From assembly GCA_030867685.1 (NCBI GenBank), contig JAQOWU010000001.1, forward strand, positions 868,001 to 932,000: a stretch of 64,000 nucleotides of DNA, in the 5' to 3' direction. Under the pieces are notes generated by a model. That model saw nothing but the letters and a program-made list of their open reading frames with translations, was not told the DNA's origin and did no database searches. Both the position numbers and the translations under genes were made by a program. This document shows, piece by piece, positions 33,826 through 44,790 of the stretch (position 1 is the first letter of the stretch; every line of letters starts with the position of its first letter). Origin of the DNA: Wickerhamiella versatilis. Taxonomy: Eukaryota.

Positions 33826-34553
33826 GTAAAAAAAACCCCGCACGATTGCAATGTCAGCAAACTATGGAACACCTAATAGATGAAAACGTATAAATGCTAA
33901 AAGTATGGACGGGTGCGAATAATATTATGCTAATAAAGAGTACTTGCACAGAAATTAGAGAAATCACTTGTATTTATCAAAAGTAAGACGAAAATTCCAA
34001 AAACATTAGGTGTAACAATCACGTGACTCGGTCGTACCGTTCTGCACCGTAACCCAATCGAACATCACTAGCAATAGCTTCTTCCGCAAGTTCTCACATT
34101 AATGATTCAATATTTTTGCTAGGGATTCACCCAGTTGAGAACTGATGTGGATTCTAGCCAACATTGGCATTTACTATTATAAGAAATCTATTTTAACACA
34201 GCTCATTAACTTGTAATTAAAGGCAATGCTGAATCCTATTTTTTTTCGATCTGAAATTAGGCCATTTAATTACTTTGTATGCCTTATTATTCTGAGTACT
34301 GGAATCAGATAGTCATTATAATGTGTGCTACACAGAAATGATAAGGATACTTTGATACCACATTGTAGCAAAGTAACAAATTTTTGATGAGTTAAAAAAA
34401 AATTTACTTTTGAAAGAACTGATCCGCCTGCCAAAGTTCATCATATATAAGTTCCTTAGCTTATAATCTTGATGGTGATAATTTAACCTAACGCACTTAG
34501 TAGACAAACCATAATTCTACTTTAGACTTAATCCTCTTGATCCCAGCAGTTAT

Positions 34554-35408
34554 ATGGGCCGTTTGGGAGGTAATTGTACTGTTAAAATGGCCACAGAAAC
34601 AGTTACACACACAAAGGGAAATGCGAAAGGAGACAGCGTCGACGTGTCTCCAGTGTATATTTCTATCCCAACATTCAGCAATCTCGATGACCATCGAGAC
34701 TTCCTGCTTGAGCAGATGGCTGGTGCATTCCGCGTCTTTGCCAGGCTAGGATATTGTGTAGGCACAGCCGGTCACATTAGCGTGCGTGATCCAGGCAATC
34801 GTAACCATTTTTGGCTGAACCCACTTGGAAGACATTTTGGTACGCTGAAAAAGAGTGATATGGTTCTTGTCGACCATAATGGGGACATCATTGGCGGAAG
34901 CCGCCTCCCCGTGAACAAAGCTGGATTTATGATTCACTCAGCTATACACGCAGCAAGACCAGACGTTAACGCGGCTTGCCATACGCACTCACCGAATGGA
35001 ACAGCATATTCGGCATTCGGTAAGCATTTCGACATGTTGAACCAGGACATGTGCCAGCTTTACAATAACCATGCTGTTTATAGTGATTTCGGTGGAGTAG
35101 TTCTTCGAGAATCGGAAGGAAAAAACATTGCATCAGCTCTGGGATCGAATGCGGTAGCTATACTTCAAAACCATGGCCTCCTAACAGTGGGGACGACAGT
35201 CAACGAAGCGGCAGCATTGTTTAATATAGCCGAGAGGGCGTGTTTCTCACAGCTGCAAGCAGATGCATCAAGATTTTCTCCTACACTTGTCTCTCAAGAG
35301 TCAGCAAAATATACGAAAGATGCGCAATTCTATCCGGAGTTTCTATACTATGAGTTTCTTCCCAATCTCGAATATGAAGAATATTGCGATCCCTCATTTA
35401 AGAATTAA
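34554..35408 (+). CDS. Class II aldolase/adducin family protein
   Basis: AGHISVRDP, FWLNPLG, GFMIHSAIH, CHTHS, ILQNHGLLTVG. The start may be ATG 34587. Confidence 0.92.
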   Translation: MGRLGGNCTVKMATETVTHTKGNAKGDSVDVSPVYISIPTFSNLDDHRDFLLEQMAGAFRVFARLGYCVGTAGHISVRDPGNRNHFWLNPLGRHFGTLKKSDMVLVDHNGDIIGGSRLPVNKAGFMIHSAIHAARPDVNAACHTHSPNGTAYSAFGKHFDMLNQDMCQLYNNHAVYSDFGGVVLRESEGKNIASALGSNAVAILQNHGLLTVGTTVNEAAALFNIAERACFSQLQADASRFSPTLVSQESAKYTKDAQFYPEFLYYEFLPNLEYEEYCDPSFKN

Positions 35409-36641
35409 AGCTACATAAAAGAAGCGATTATAGCTTTTGTTAGCCTGGTCAAAAAATACACTATCAAGTGTGTGGCTATACCCAGGAGGGACAGACCGAG
35501 AGTAGAGTGGGCTATTATATAGCCTTCACCTGAGACTGGTTGGTTGGCGCAATATAAATCAGTCATTGACTTTCAAATCATAATCCTTCAAATGACAGTC
35601 ATCCTTCACGCTGCACATGGAATTCTCCACGAGCAACGCTGCTGACAGTAGTCTCGAATTATCGGATAGCATCAATTATACTTGTACAAAACTCTAGTCC
35701 TCAATAGAAGCAGGCAATGCACAAATAGATGTAAAAATGGTAGTTGCAATAATAATTCTACTTAGGAAACTGCAGGTCCCCATCCAGAATCTTCATTCTA
35801 GTAGTAGCTGTGGAAGGACCGTTGCAATCACGTGCTAACTTCATTTTGTAAGCTATGGCCGGGTATTAACCGCTGCGATTTTCGGCTTGATGCACATGTA
35901 GGTTTTTGTCGCATCATAATTTGCTTTGCCACTGCGATACCCGCTACAGGAGAATAGCACTCGAGGCCTTCTTGGCTTTGGTGCTCCCTTAGCTAGTGCA
36001 GCCTACTATTAGTAACTAGATTATAGGCCGGTTTCAGAAATTCTCATCTTATGGATTAAACATCATGTAGATGCTAACATATGACAAATCGGGAAAAACT
36101 GGTGAATTAATCAGTACTAGACTCTGGCAAGATATTTATCCGTAAATTTATTTTGCGCCAGATTGCATAGCGTAGGTAAAGCTGTTCAAAGATTAGTGGC
36201 CACTTGGTACATATGCTATGAGTCCAGGTGAATACTCTACAGCCCAAAATCTTTGAGAAGGACAAGGAAAACTACTAAGTTGAGTTGACTTGAGTTGAAT
36301 CTGGAAGTGATTAATAACAAGACATACTGACATTGCCGATTTCGGTTTCTACGGGATTGGGGGTTAGGGCTCAATCTTTACCAGGGTAAGCAACTGCACA
36401 ATAGCGGCATCATAGAGAGAGAGCTTAAATACTTGTTGATATTGCAAAAAAAAGCTAATCAATCAAGTTATACAGAGACTAATGATAGAGATTGCACTCA
36501 TGGGTTGCGAATTAATCAAATCATGAGGTCGTAGCGTGATTCGCACTTAACTTAGTAATCAAACAACACCGGTTATTAGTCATGATCATAATTAATATTT
36601 CTATTTTATAAACCTACACGCCTTCTTGTACCTCAGGAAAC

Positions 36642-38138
36642 ATGCTTATTTCCTGGCTGCAGGCACGTTCCCTTAGGGCGGATGCAATGTCATATGCGGA
36701 TAATAAGTCGGAAGAGAGCGATGGGGATATCCTGGTGACCTGGACTGATGGGGATCCGCGAAATCCTCAAAACTGGTCTTTGATCAGAAAATGGTATGTG
36801 ACAGTATCAGTGGGGCTAATTGCTTTCGTGGTCGGTGTTGCTTCATCCATTAACTCGGCTGCTGATAGTTATGCTGCCGAAAAGTTTGGAGTAAGTCTGG
36901 AAGTGATGTCCATGCAAAACAGTTTTTATCTTATAGGTTTTGGATTGTCGGCGCCAGCAATGGGGCCTCTTTCTGAATTGTCAGGACGGAGTCCAGTCTA
37001 TTTAATAACCCTTCTAATTTATTCAATCTTCTGCTTAGGGTCTGGATTTGCGACAAACATTCAAACAAGGGTTATCCTGAGATTTTTTGCTGGGGTGTTC
37101 GGAGCGGCGCCATTGAGCAATGCAGGTGGCTCTGTAGCTGACGTGGCAGGTCCACTACAGCGTACCTACCTTTTCCCGACATTTTCAGCTATCGGGTTTT
37201 CAGGAAATGCCCTTGGTCCCGTATTTGGTGGCTGGATTGGAGAACGAGCCGACCAGGCTTGGTGTGACTGGGTAAATGCACTTGCTGGTTTCGGCACTAC
37301 TTTACTACTAGCCTTTACCTTACCTGAAACGTTGAGCGTGGAGTTGCTCAAACATCGGAGCTCTGAAATTCGAAAAGTTACGAATGACAATAGGTATTGT
37401 ACGACTCTCGAGAGCCGTCTCAGAAAAAGTAATCGAGGTTTTGGTTATGAGGTTTTAACAGCTATAGGTCAACCGATCAAATTTCTTTTTACCGAGCCCA
37501 TCACGTTCACTTTTTCGTTTTACCTGAGTGTCGTCTACATTGTACTATTTGGTGATCTGGAAAGTTACCCTCTAATTTTTGGGATCTATGGCTGGAAGGC
37601 AGGCAAAACTGGCAGTGTCTTTGGTGCTATAGGTGTCGGTATGATATGCGTTGGACTGTTGACTCCCTTTATGTACCGGATGTACATCGGAATCGAGAAA
37701 CGATGTGCAGCAGCCGGTACGTCCCCGCAGCCCGAAACAAGGCTGTACCTGTGTCTAGTCCTTACGTGGTGTATGCCTATCGCACTATTTTGGGCAGCCT
37801 GGACGGCTTATCCATCAATATCACCTTGGTCGTTAATTGTGAGCCAGTTCGTGTTTGGTATAGGTGCTTTGTCTTGCTTTATTTCAAGCTACATGTATAT
37901 TATTGATGTGTATCAAACCAATGCGGCATCGCCTTTGGCAACTTTGGTATTTCTCCGTTATAACATTGCGGGTGCAGGCGCTGTTACATTTGTGCGCCCA
38001 ATGTTCAATGGTATTGGAACTCACTGGGCTCTGACGCTTTTAGCTTTCCTTTCTGTTTTGGTTTCTTTGATTCCTCCTGTGTTTTATTTCTGTGGACCCT
38101 ACCTTCGTAGGCGTTCTGCCTACGCAATGGCCCAGTGA
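36642..38138 (+). CDS. MFS DHA1 family (drug/polyamine:H+) transporter
   Basis: WTDGDPRNPQNWS, GPLSELSGRSPVY, LRFFAG, LPET, and 12 TM segments. Confidence 0.92.
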   Translation: MLISWLQARSLRADAMSYADNKSEESDGDILVTWTDGDPRNPQNWSLIRKWYVTVSVGLIAFVVGVASSINSAADSYAAEKFGVSLEVMSMQNSFYLIGFGLSAPAMGPLSELSGRSPVYLITLLIYSIFCLGSGFATNIQTRVILRFFAGVFGAAPLSNAGGSVADVAGPLQRTYLFPTFSAIGFSGNALGPVFGGWIGERADQAWCDWVNALAGFGTTLLLAFTLPETLSVELLKHRSSEIRKVTNDNRYCTTLESRLRKSNRGFGYEVLTAIGQPIKFLFTEPITFTFSFYLSVVYIVLFGDLESYPLIFGIYGWKAGKTGSVFGAIGVGMICVGLLTPFMYRMYIGIEKRCAAAGTSPQPETRLYLCLVLTWCMPIALFWAAWTAYPSISPWSLIVSQFVFGIGALSCFISSYMYIIDVYQTNAASPLATLVFLRYNIAGAGAVTFVRPMFNGIGTHWALTLLAFLSVLVSLIPPVFYFCGPYLRRRSAYAMAQ

Positions 38139-38494
38139 GAAATGAAACGAGTTTCCTGCGTTGCTATATATAATTATCATGCTGAGATAGACTCCTGTAG
38201 CTTGATTCAAGATGCGCGGAAGAAGAAAAGTGGTGAATTATAGATAAAGTTGATATAATTAATTCCTTGGACGGGCTATGATGCTCATTTAGGTTAACTT
38301 GTCTTGAAATCTTGTAGCAGGAATAAGGATTCATATGTGATTAACGTGCAGTATTAGTTGGACTTCTCCTGTATACTTTGATTTGCCTAATCCTACCTGT
38401 TACCCTAGCAATCGCAGATTGTCACCGGTTTTTAATTTCTAAGATATTACTGACATATTCTATACACTACACTTGCTCCCTTGACATTGTAGCA

Positions 38495-39553
38495 ATGCGT
38501 CAGATCAAGGGTCCATCAATATTTCTCTCTCAATTCATTAGCAATGAAGAGCCTTTCAATACGCTTGAAGGCTTAGCTAAATGGGCCGCAGAGGACGGCT
38601 ATTGTGCTGTGCAGATTCCAACACACCTACCAGGGATTTTTGACCTTGAAAAAGCGGCTTCAAGCATTGAGTATTGCGAGGATGTCAAGAAAAGTCTACA
38701 AAAATATGGTCTAGAAATCAGCGAGCTCTCAACGCATCTTCAGGGACAACTTGTGGCAATTCACCCGGCGTACACTTTTCTATATAGCGATTTTGCACCT
38801 AAAGATATCCGTGGCGACAAGGAAAAAATGCAGCAGTGGGGCAGAAAACAACTTTATCTCGCAGCGGATGCCTCAAAAAATCTGGGAATACGACGTCATG
38901 TCACTTTCTCCGGATCTTTGGCCTGGCCATATTTCTACCCATGGCCTCAGCGTCCACCTGGTTTAATTGAGACTGCATTTCAGGAACTCGGTTCGATTTG
39001 GCTTCCTATTCTGAATTACTTCAATGAAGCGGATGTAGATATATGCTACGAACTACATCCGGGTGAGGACTTGTTTGATGGTGCGACATTCGAACGATTT
39101 CTAAAGGAAGTTGGTTCACATCGGCGATGTAACATCCTCTTCGATCCCAGTCATGCCGTTATCCAACAACTTGACTATCTAGCATTCATTGATAAGTGGC
39201 ATGATCGTATCAAAGCGTTTCATGTGAAGGATGCTGAATTCAACAAGAATGCTGACCAGGGTGTTTATGGTGGGTATCTGCCTTGGATAGATCGTGCGGG
39301 CCGCTGCCGGTCTTTGGGAGATGGACAAGTGGACTTTCGATCTATATTTTCGAAATTAGCTCAATATGACTATGACGGCTGGGCAACACTTGAATGGGAG
39401 TGCTGTATTAAGGATCCGCTAGTTAGTGCCCGGGAGGGTTCACAGCTTATCAAGGAATATATCATAAAACCGACTGAGAAATCCTTTGACGATTTTGCTA
39501 GCGCAAATCTCCCCCGGGCGGAGATACTGGCAATTCTTGGCATTGAAAAATAG
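38495..39553 (+). CDS. Sugar-phosphate isomerase/epimerase (xylose isomerase-like TIM barrel), bacterial type
   Basis: MRQIKGPSIFLSQF start. Metal ligands in YELHPGED, FDPSH, FHVKDAE and LEWECC. First ATG at 38495. Confidence 0.9.
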   Translation: MRQIKGPSIFLSQFISNEEPFNTLEGLAKWAAEDGYCAVQIPTHLPGIFDLEKAASSIEYCEDVKKSLQKYGLEISELSTHLQGQLVAIHPAYTFLYSDFAPKDIRGDKEKMQQWGRKQLYLAADASKNLGIRRHVTFSGSLAWPYFYPWPQRPPGLIETAFQELGSIWLPILNYFNEADVDICYELHPGEDLFDGATFERFLKEVGSHRRCNILFDPSHAVIQQLDYLAFIDKWHDRIKAFHVKDAEFNKNADQGVYGGYLPWIDRAGRCRSLGDGQVDFRSIFSKLAQYDYDGWATLEWECCIKDPLVSAREGSQLIKEYIIKPTEKSFDDFASANLPRAEILAILGIEK

Positions 39554-40055
39554 GCAGATTAGCGCCACTTAGCATGGTTTTATCTGGCTACCTGTAAATT
39601 CTGGTAGCTTGGTAGAACTAATGTAAGTACTACCTGCTCGCGCTTAAGATATTTGCTCCCTTTAGCATTTTATCGTCCCAATTTTATGGTGTGACAGCAT
39701 ATTATTTAGAAATATTATAACATTAAATTAGAACACTAACGTCAAACCGATTTTCTTCATGCCATGTAATTGAGCTGTCGCTTGAAGTAATGGCGTTCAT
39801 TCGATTACCTGTGAGACTATCAGTATGGCAATTATATATCTAAATGAATTATGATAGAACGAATTCTAGGAACTCAGATCACAAATCACCTGTTTTCCAC
39901 GCTTTTCGAGAAAACGCAAATCGACAGTCTAGACAGGCATTACTAACATTTCGGAATTTTTCGAAATACTCCGACATTTGGCGATTTGGTAAGTCGACTA
40001 ATCAAAGTTGCTACTTAAGTCTGGATCTGACTCCAATTCGTTTCCACTAATCGTA

Positions 40056-41018
40056 ATGACTACATACACACCCCCGACAGTGACATTGAATACAGGTGCT
40101 AAGCTTCCCAGTGTTGGCCTGGGAACTTGGGAGGCACCACCAGGACAAGTAGAGAATGCAGTGTATCATGCGATCAAATCGGGCTACCGTCATATTGATG
40201 GAGCGGCCCTCTACCTCAATGAAAAGGAGGTGGGTGAAGGAATCAAGAAAGCCATTGGTGATGGAGTTGTTAAGAGAGAGGATATTTTTGTTACTACAAA
40301 GCTGTGGATTCAGGATTTCCACGATATTCCTGGAGCTCTTGATGCTTCTCTAGAACGCTTAGGCCTCGACTATGTCGACCTGTACCTCATGCATTGGCCA
40401 GTTCCTCTTACCCCGGGCTCGCTTTCTGAGGCTAGTGTGGACAAGACCATAACCTTTAACGATGTGTGGGCAGGTATGGAGAAGCTGCCTAAGGAGAAGA
40501 CCCGGGCTATCGGTATCTCGAACTTTACGATTGCTAATGTTAAGAAGCTCTTGGCCACGGCTAAAGTCACACCAGCAGTAAACCAGGTTGAATTGCATGT
40601 GACTCTCCCACAACAGAAGCTTGTTGACTTCCTTTTCTCAGGAAAATATGGCTTCCCGGAACATGACGGTAAAGTGATCGTACCCGAGGCATACTCGCCG
40701 CTTGCCCGTGGCAACCTTGACAATCCTGTGATCGCAAAGATTGCCGCCAAATATGGTGTGGGCCCAGCTACTGTTGCTCTTTCGTGGAACATTGCTCGTG
40801 GTGTGGTGGTTCTGCCGAAATCTGTCACGCCGGCGCGTATCGAGTCCAACTTCAAAATCATTAAACTCACTCCTGAAGATATCCAGGAAATTAATGATAT
40901 CACCAAGGATGGTAAGAACATTAAGAGAGAGTGCAATTTTACGGATGTCGTCAAAGGAAATCCTAATTTGAATGCAAAGGATACAGATGTTTTCGACGGA
41001 AACGCTGATTCCTTGTAA
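40056..41018 (+). CDS. Aldo-keto reductase (Gcy1/Ypr1-like)
   Basis: GLGTW, GYRHIDGA, FVTTKLW, DLYLMHWP, IGISNF, NQVELH, LPKSVTPARI. First ATG at 40056. Confidence 0.95.
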   Translation: MTTYTPPTVTLNTGAKLPSVGLGTWEAPPGQVENAVYHAIKSGYRHIDGAALYLNEKEVGEGIKKAIGDGVVKREDIFVTTKLWIQDFHDIPGALDASLERLGLDYVDLYLMHWPVPLTPGSLSEASVDKTITFNDVWAGMEKLPKEKTRAIGISNFTIANVKKLLATAKVTPAVNQVELHVTLPQQKLVDFLFSGKYGFPEHDGKVIVPEAYSPLARGNLDNPVIAKIAAKYGVGPATVALSWNIARGVVVLPKSVTPARIESNFKIIKLTPEDIQEINDITKDGKNIKRECNFTDVVKGNPNLNAKDTDVFDGNADSL

Positions 41019-42414
41019 GCTTGATTTATTATATCCGTAGTACATACATGGACATGAAAAGAATATCGATATTACTCGCTATCTTGCTCCCTTATCTATC
41101 TTTATCTTAAGCCAGTAACATTGTTCAAATTTTGCACCGCCTACGCTTTCGGCCATTTCTTTCGCTGGGCTTCAGTATCGAAACGCGTTCAAAAAATCTT
41201 ACCTACAAGCTTCGACACTGGAGCTATCAAGTGGGATGTCTTGCGCCGTCCAATCAGTCTCAGATAGCGTAGTTGCGTGGATTAAGAAAGCAGGTAGGCC
41301 TCTTAAAACCGATCACAGTCTGTGTATTAGTAGCGAAATCAAAAACTTGTAGCGGATGACGTTGAGGCAGGTGTACAGTGCCTATTAAGGCATAAGACTA
41401 TATTTATTACATTAGAGAGAGATTTGGTCTTTTTGCAAAGAAAATCGAGCCACAATATGTTAGCAAATAGAATTTCTGAAATATTAGGCACCCTGTGTCC
41501 GTTTGCGAGCAGCTCCACGCATCGAATCAGTGCTGTTTGCTAAGCTGGCCTCTCGTCAGTGGCTTCTATAGAAGCTGACCTATACCGCCGTCGAATGTCG
41601 GCAACGCTTCACCACTGTAAATTTTTATTAGAGAGATTGATCTCCTGTTCTTACTTTATTTCACATTTAGTTCACGTTTGGACATCTATGTCCAAATTTA
41701 ACTGGCAAGATGACGAAGACCAACTTGACCCTCAAACCCTGATTTCGATTTAAATACGGCTTATACAGCAATTATTGCAAAAGTTTGTCTTTAGCACTAC
41801 AAAAGCACAATAGCAAAATAAATAACTTCGTGGTTAGGTCACTTAATAAGGTATTAGCGGTGTGAATCCAAAACCTGGGCAGAGTGATGTGTTCACTTTT
41901 TCCGAGATTAGGCTCTAGGCTAAGCAAGCAAATATCCAAAGTAGGGTAAGAAGGCCTTTGCATGCTTTAGTGAGGAAAAATTTCTGGTCTAGGGTGAATC
42001 TGGGTTCACTTGCTTTATCACAACGTTGGAGATTCTGCATTTTATTATACTGTGAAATACTTAGGTACAATTATTCTCAGGTGGATAAACAGTACTGTCT
42101 CAGGATGTGAGTACCCCGCTAAGCTTATGCAGTTCCTCTCTGCATAGGAACATCGTTAGTGATTACACCAAGTGATTTCTGGTCAGCAAATATAAGGTAT
42201 ATTTAGCCTTCATGCACTGCTGTGGCTCAATGTTGTCTATCTACGTATCTTATGTCACGTCAGCAATCACAATTGTGTGATTTGTGCGACATCTTCTCCA
42301 CTTGCCAGGTCACTTCTGACATATCAAAGAAGTGAGGAGAAGATCTGGCATTTCCCCAGGTTGTTACTACCATGGTTGCATCCTTGCTTCTTTGCATTAT
42401 TGACACTACATTCC

Positions 42415-42440
42415 AAAAACTCAAGTTATTTTGAGTTTTT
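42415..42440. repeat. Perfect inverted repeat AAAAACTCAA-N6-TTGAGTTTTT
   Basis: 10-bp arms with a 6-nt spacer, just upstream of TATAAA at 42448. Confidence 0.8.
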
Positions 42441-42569
42441 AGGCTGTTATAAATGAGAGCAGCCTTGTGGAATAGGAGCTATCGCAAGGGTGCATTTGAG
42501 ACTCCTAACCCTATGTCTTGTTACGTAGTTATATTGCGAGCGCGCAGCCATTACCCCAACCCATAGGAT

Positions 42570-43598
42570 ATGGCGTCGTTATTTAAGAGAGGAGGACGCA
42601 TGCTTTCGAATTTACTAAGTAGAAAAATGAGTTCATCAGTTCCTACCATCAAGCTTAACAGCGGATACGATTTCCCCGTCCTTGGTCTAGGTACGTGGCA
42701 GTCTAAGCCTAAGGAGGTGGAGACTGCTGTGCGTGTCGCCTTGGAGAATGGCTACCGCCACATTGATGGTGCTGCTATTTATCAGAACGAGAACGAGGTT
42801 GGTGCTGGCATCAAAGCCTCTGGTGTTGACAGGAAGGATATCTTTGTCACCTCTAAGCTCTGGAACTCTAGCCATGCCGGAGACGCTGTGGAGAAGGCTC
42901 TCGACAAGACATTGGCCGACCTGCAGCTGGATTATCTTGACCTCTATCTCATCCACTGGCCAGTCTCTTTCAAGACTACCGGCGCTTCTGATTTCTTCCC
43001 TAAGGACCCCAAGACCGGCATAGTCATTAACGGCCATATTCCTATCAAGGAGACGTGGCAGGCTATGGAGAAGCTTGTTGCTTCTGGTAAGGTACGCAGC
43101 ATTGGTGTGTCCAACTTTAACGTAGAGAACCTGAAGGATCTTTTGTCTTACGCAAAGATTAAGCCTGCGGTTAACCAGATCGAGGCTCACCCATATTTGC
43201 TGCAACCTGAGCTTCATAAGTTCCACAAGGAGCACGGCATCGTTCCTACTGCCTACTCTCCTCTTGGTAACAACACTGCTGGCAAGCCCCGTGTTATCGA
43301 CAACCCTGATGTTCAGGAACTCGCTAAGAAGTTGGGTTTGTCGCCAGCAACCCTTGTCATCAACTTCTTGCTTCAAGAGAACTTTGTTGTCATTCCAAAG
43401 TCGGTGACTCCTCAGCGTATCATTGACAATTTGAAGGTGGTCAAGATTCCTGCCGATGCTGTTGAGACGCTTCGTGCTTTGGATTCGCACACCCGCTTTA
43501 ACGACCCTGTCAACTGGGGTGTTGACGTGTTCGGTGAACACGGAGGTGACGATAAGGCCTACGAGATCGCTCTCAAGCTGGCTGCTGAGTCTAAGTAA
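42570..43598 (+). CDS. Aldo-keto reductase (Gcy1/Ypr1-like polyol reductase) with strong codon bias
   Basis: GLGTWQS, GYRHIDGA, SKLWN, DLYLIHWP, IGVSNF, NQIEAHP, IPKSVT. In-frame ATGs at 42570, 42600 and 42627. Confidence 0.95.
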   Translation: MASLFKRGGRMLSNLLSRKMSSSVPTIKLNSGYDFPVLGLGTWQSKPKEVETAVRVALENGYRHIDGAAIYQNENEVGAGIKASGVDRKDIFVTSKLWNSSHAGDAVEKALDKTLADLQLDYLDLYLIHWPVSFKTTGASDFFPKDPKTGIVINGHIPIKETWQAMEKLVASGKVRSIGVSNFNVENLKDLLSYAKIKPAVNQIEAHPYLLQPELHKFHKEHGIVPTAYSPLGNNTAGKPRVIDNPDVQELAKKLGLSPATLVINFLLQENFVVIPKSVTPQRIIDNLKVVKIPADAVETLRALDSHTRFNDPVNWGVDVFGEHGGDDKAYEIALKLAAESK

Positions 43599-43812
43599 AA
43601 CCGTTCACATGCGATTATTGCGGTTAGTTTATAGATTTTAAACCTAGTCTAGTTATCAATGGTGACCGAAGACAAGGAAAAAAAGAATACACTGGTAGCA
43701 GATTTTTGAAATACTTTTGGGTGATTCCTCTCGTCGTCTAGTCACAGTTGCGGAATGAAGTTACTGTGGATGCATTGCCCATCTGTGAGAACACATTAGG
43801 GTCTGATATGAT

Positions 43813-44790
43813 TCATGTCTGAGTACTCAAAAGGTGGCAATAGCGGTCCAAGTCAATATTACCCCCCGTTATAATGACTCCAACTCGCTTACCCTTGAAT
43901 TTCTCGCTATATTTGATAAGAGCAGCTAGCCCTAAGCATCCAGTGGGCTCTACAAGAATCTTCATATACGTAGCAAAAAGTTTCATGGCTTCAATCAGCT
44001 CCTGGTCCGAAACAGTAAGAATATCGGTGGCTCCATTGAGAATGATGGGAAACGTACAATGACCCAGAAATTGAGTCTGCGCACCATCAGCTATAGTTTT
44101 CGGCGTATCGATATGCACAATATGCCCTGCCCCAAACGATTTTTGGCCATCATTCCCCGCTTCAGGCTCCACACCATAAATTGATGCACATGGTAGGAGC
44201 TTCGATACTGACAAGATGGTACCTGATAGCATACCACCACCACCTAGGCCAACAACGACACAATCTAGATGATTATCCTCTTGAATGAGCTCCCGCGCAG
44301 CAGTACCTTGGCCTGCAAATACATCGGGGTGATCGAACGGGGGAACAAGCGTTAGCTTGTTTTTGTCCATCAAATCACGAGCAATGGCCTCTCTATCCTC
44401 TTTATAGCGGTCATAAAATATGATTCTGGCCCCGTACCCTCTAGTTGCTGCAATTTTAATTGCAGGAGCGTCATTTGGCATCACGATTGTGGCTGGGACC
44501 TCCAATAGTCGGGCAGCCAAGGCTACGCCCTGTGCATGGTTTCCTGATGAGAATGCCACCACACCAGCTTTTCTTTGCTCTGTATTTAACTTGCTGAGCG
44601 TATTATAGGCTCCTCGGAACTTAAATGATCCTGAACGCTGGAGGTTCTCGCATTTAAAAACCACATGTGCACCTGTCTTTTGATTGATAATATGAGAAGT
44701 TAGCACTGGGGTGATATGAGCGGTACCTCGTATACGTTCAGCTGCAGCTTCAACATCGGCATAGCTAGAGGTCACAGTGGCACTACTCAT
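43813..44790 (-). CDS. SRY1: Threo-3-hydroxyaspartate ammonia-lyase / serine racemase family
   Basis: FKCENLQRSGSFKFRGA, FSSGNHAQG, AGQGTAA, GLGGGGMLSG, TPKTIADGAQT, VEPTGCL, GGNID. Confidence 0.88.
   Translation of the reverse strand: MSSATVTSSYADVEAAAERIRGTAHITPVLTSHIINQKTGAHVVFKCENLQRSGSFKFRGAYNTLSKLNTEQRKAGVVAFSSGNHAQGVALAARLLEVPATIVMPNDAPAIKIAATRGYGARIIFYDRYKEDREAIARDLMDKNKLTLVPPFDHPDVFAGQGTAARELIQEDNHLDCVVVGLGGGGMLSGTILSVSKLLPCASIYGVEPEAGNDGQKSFGAGHIVHIDTPKTIADGAQTQFLGHCTFPIILNGATDILTVSDQELIEAMKLFATYMKILVEPTGCLGLAALIKYSEKFKGKRVGVIITGGNIDLDRYCHLLSTQT

Noticed and set aside
3339-40055. ORF-track N-terminal extensions from TTG/GTG starts (3339, 11891, 20918, 25766, 38378, 40008)
   Set aside because: This is a eukaryotic locus. 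The first in-frame ATG matches the expected family N-terminus or signal peptide.
42687-43541. 284-aa antisense ORF over the aldo-keto reductase, plus similar shadow ORFs at 40370-40954 and 10277-10834
   Set aside because: No recognisable motifs. Long antisense ORFs are expected from strong codon bias in the sense gene.
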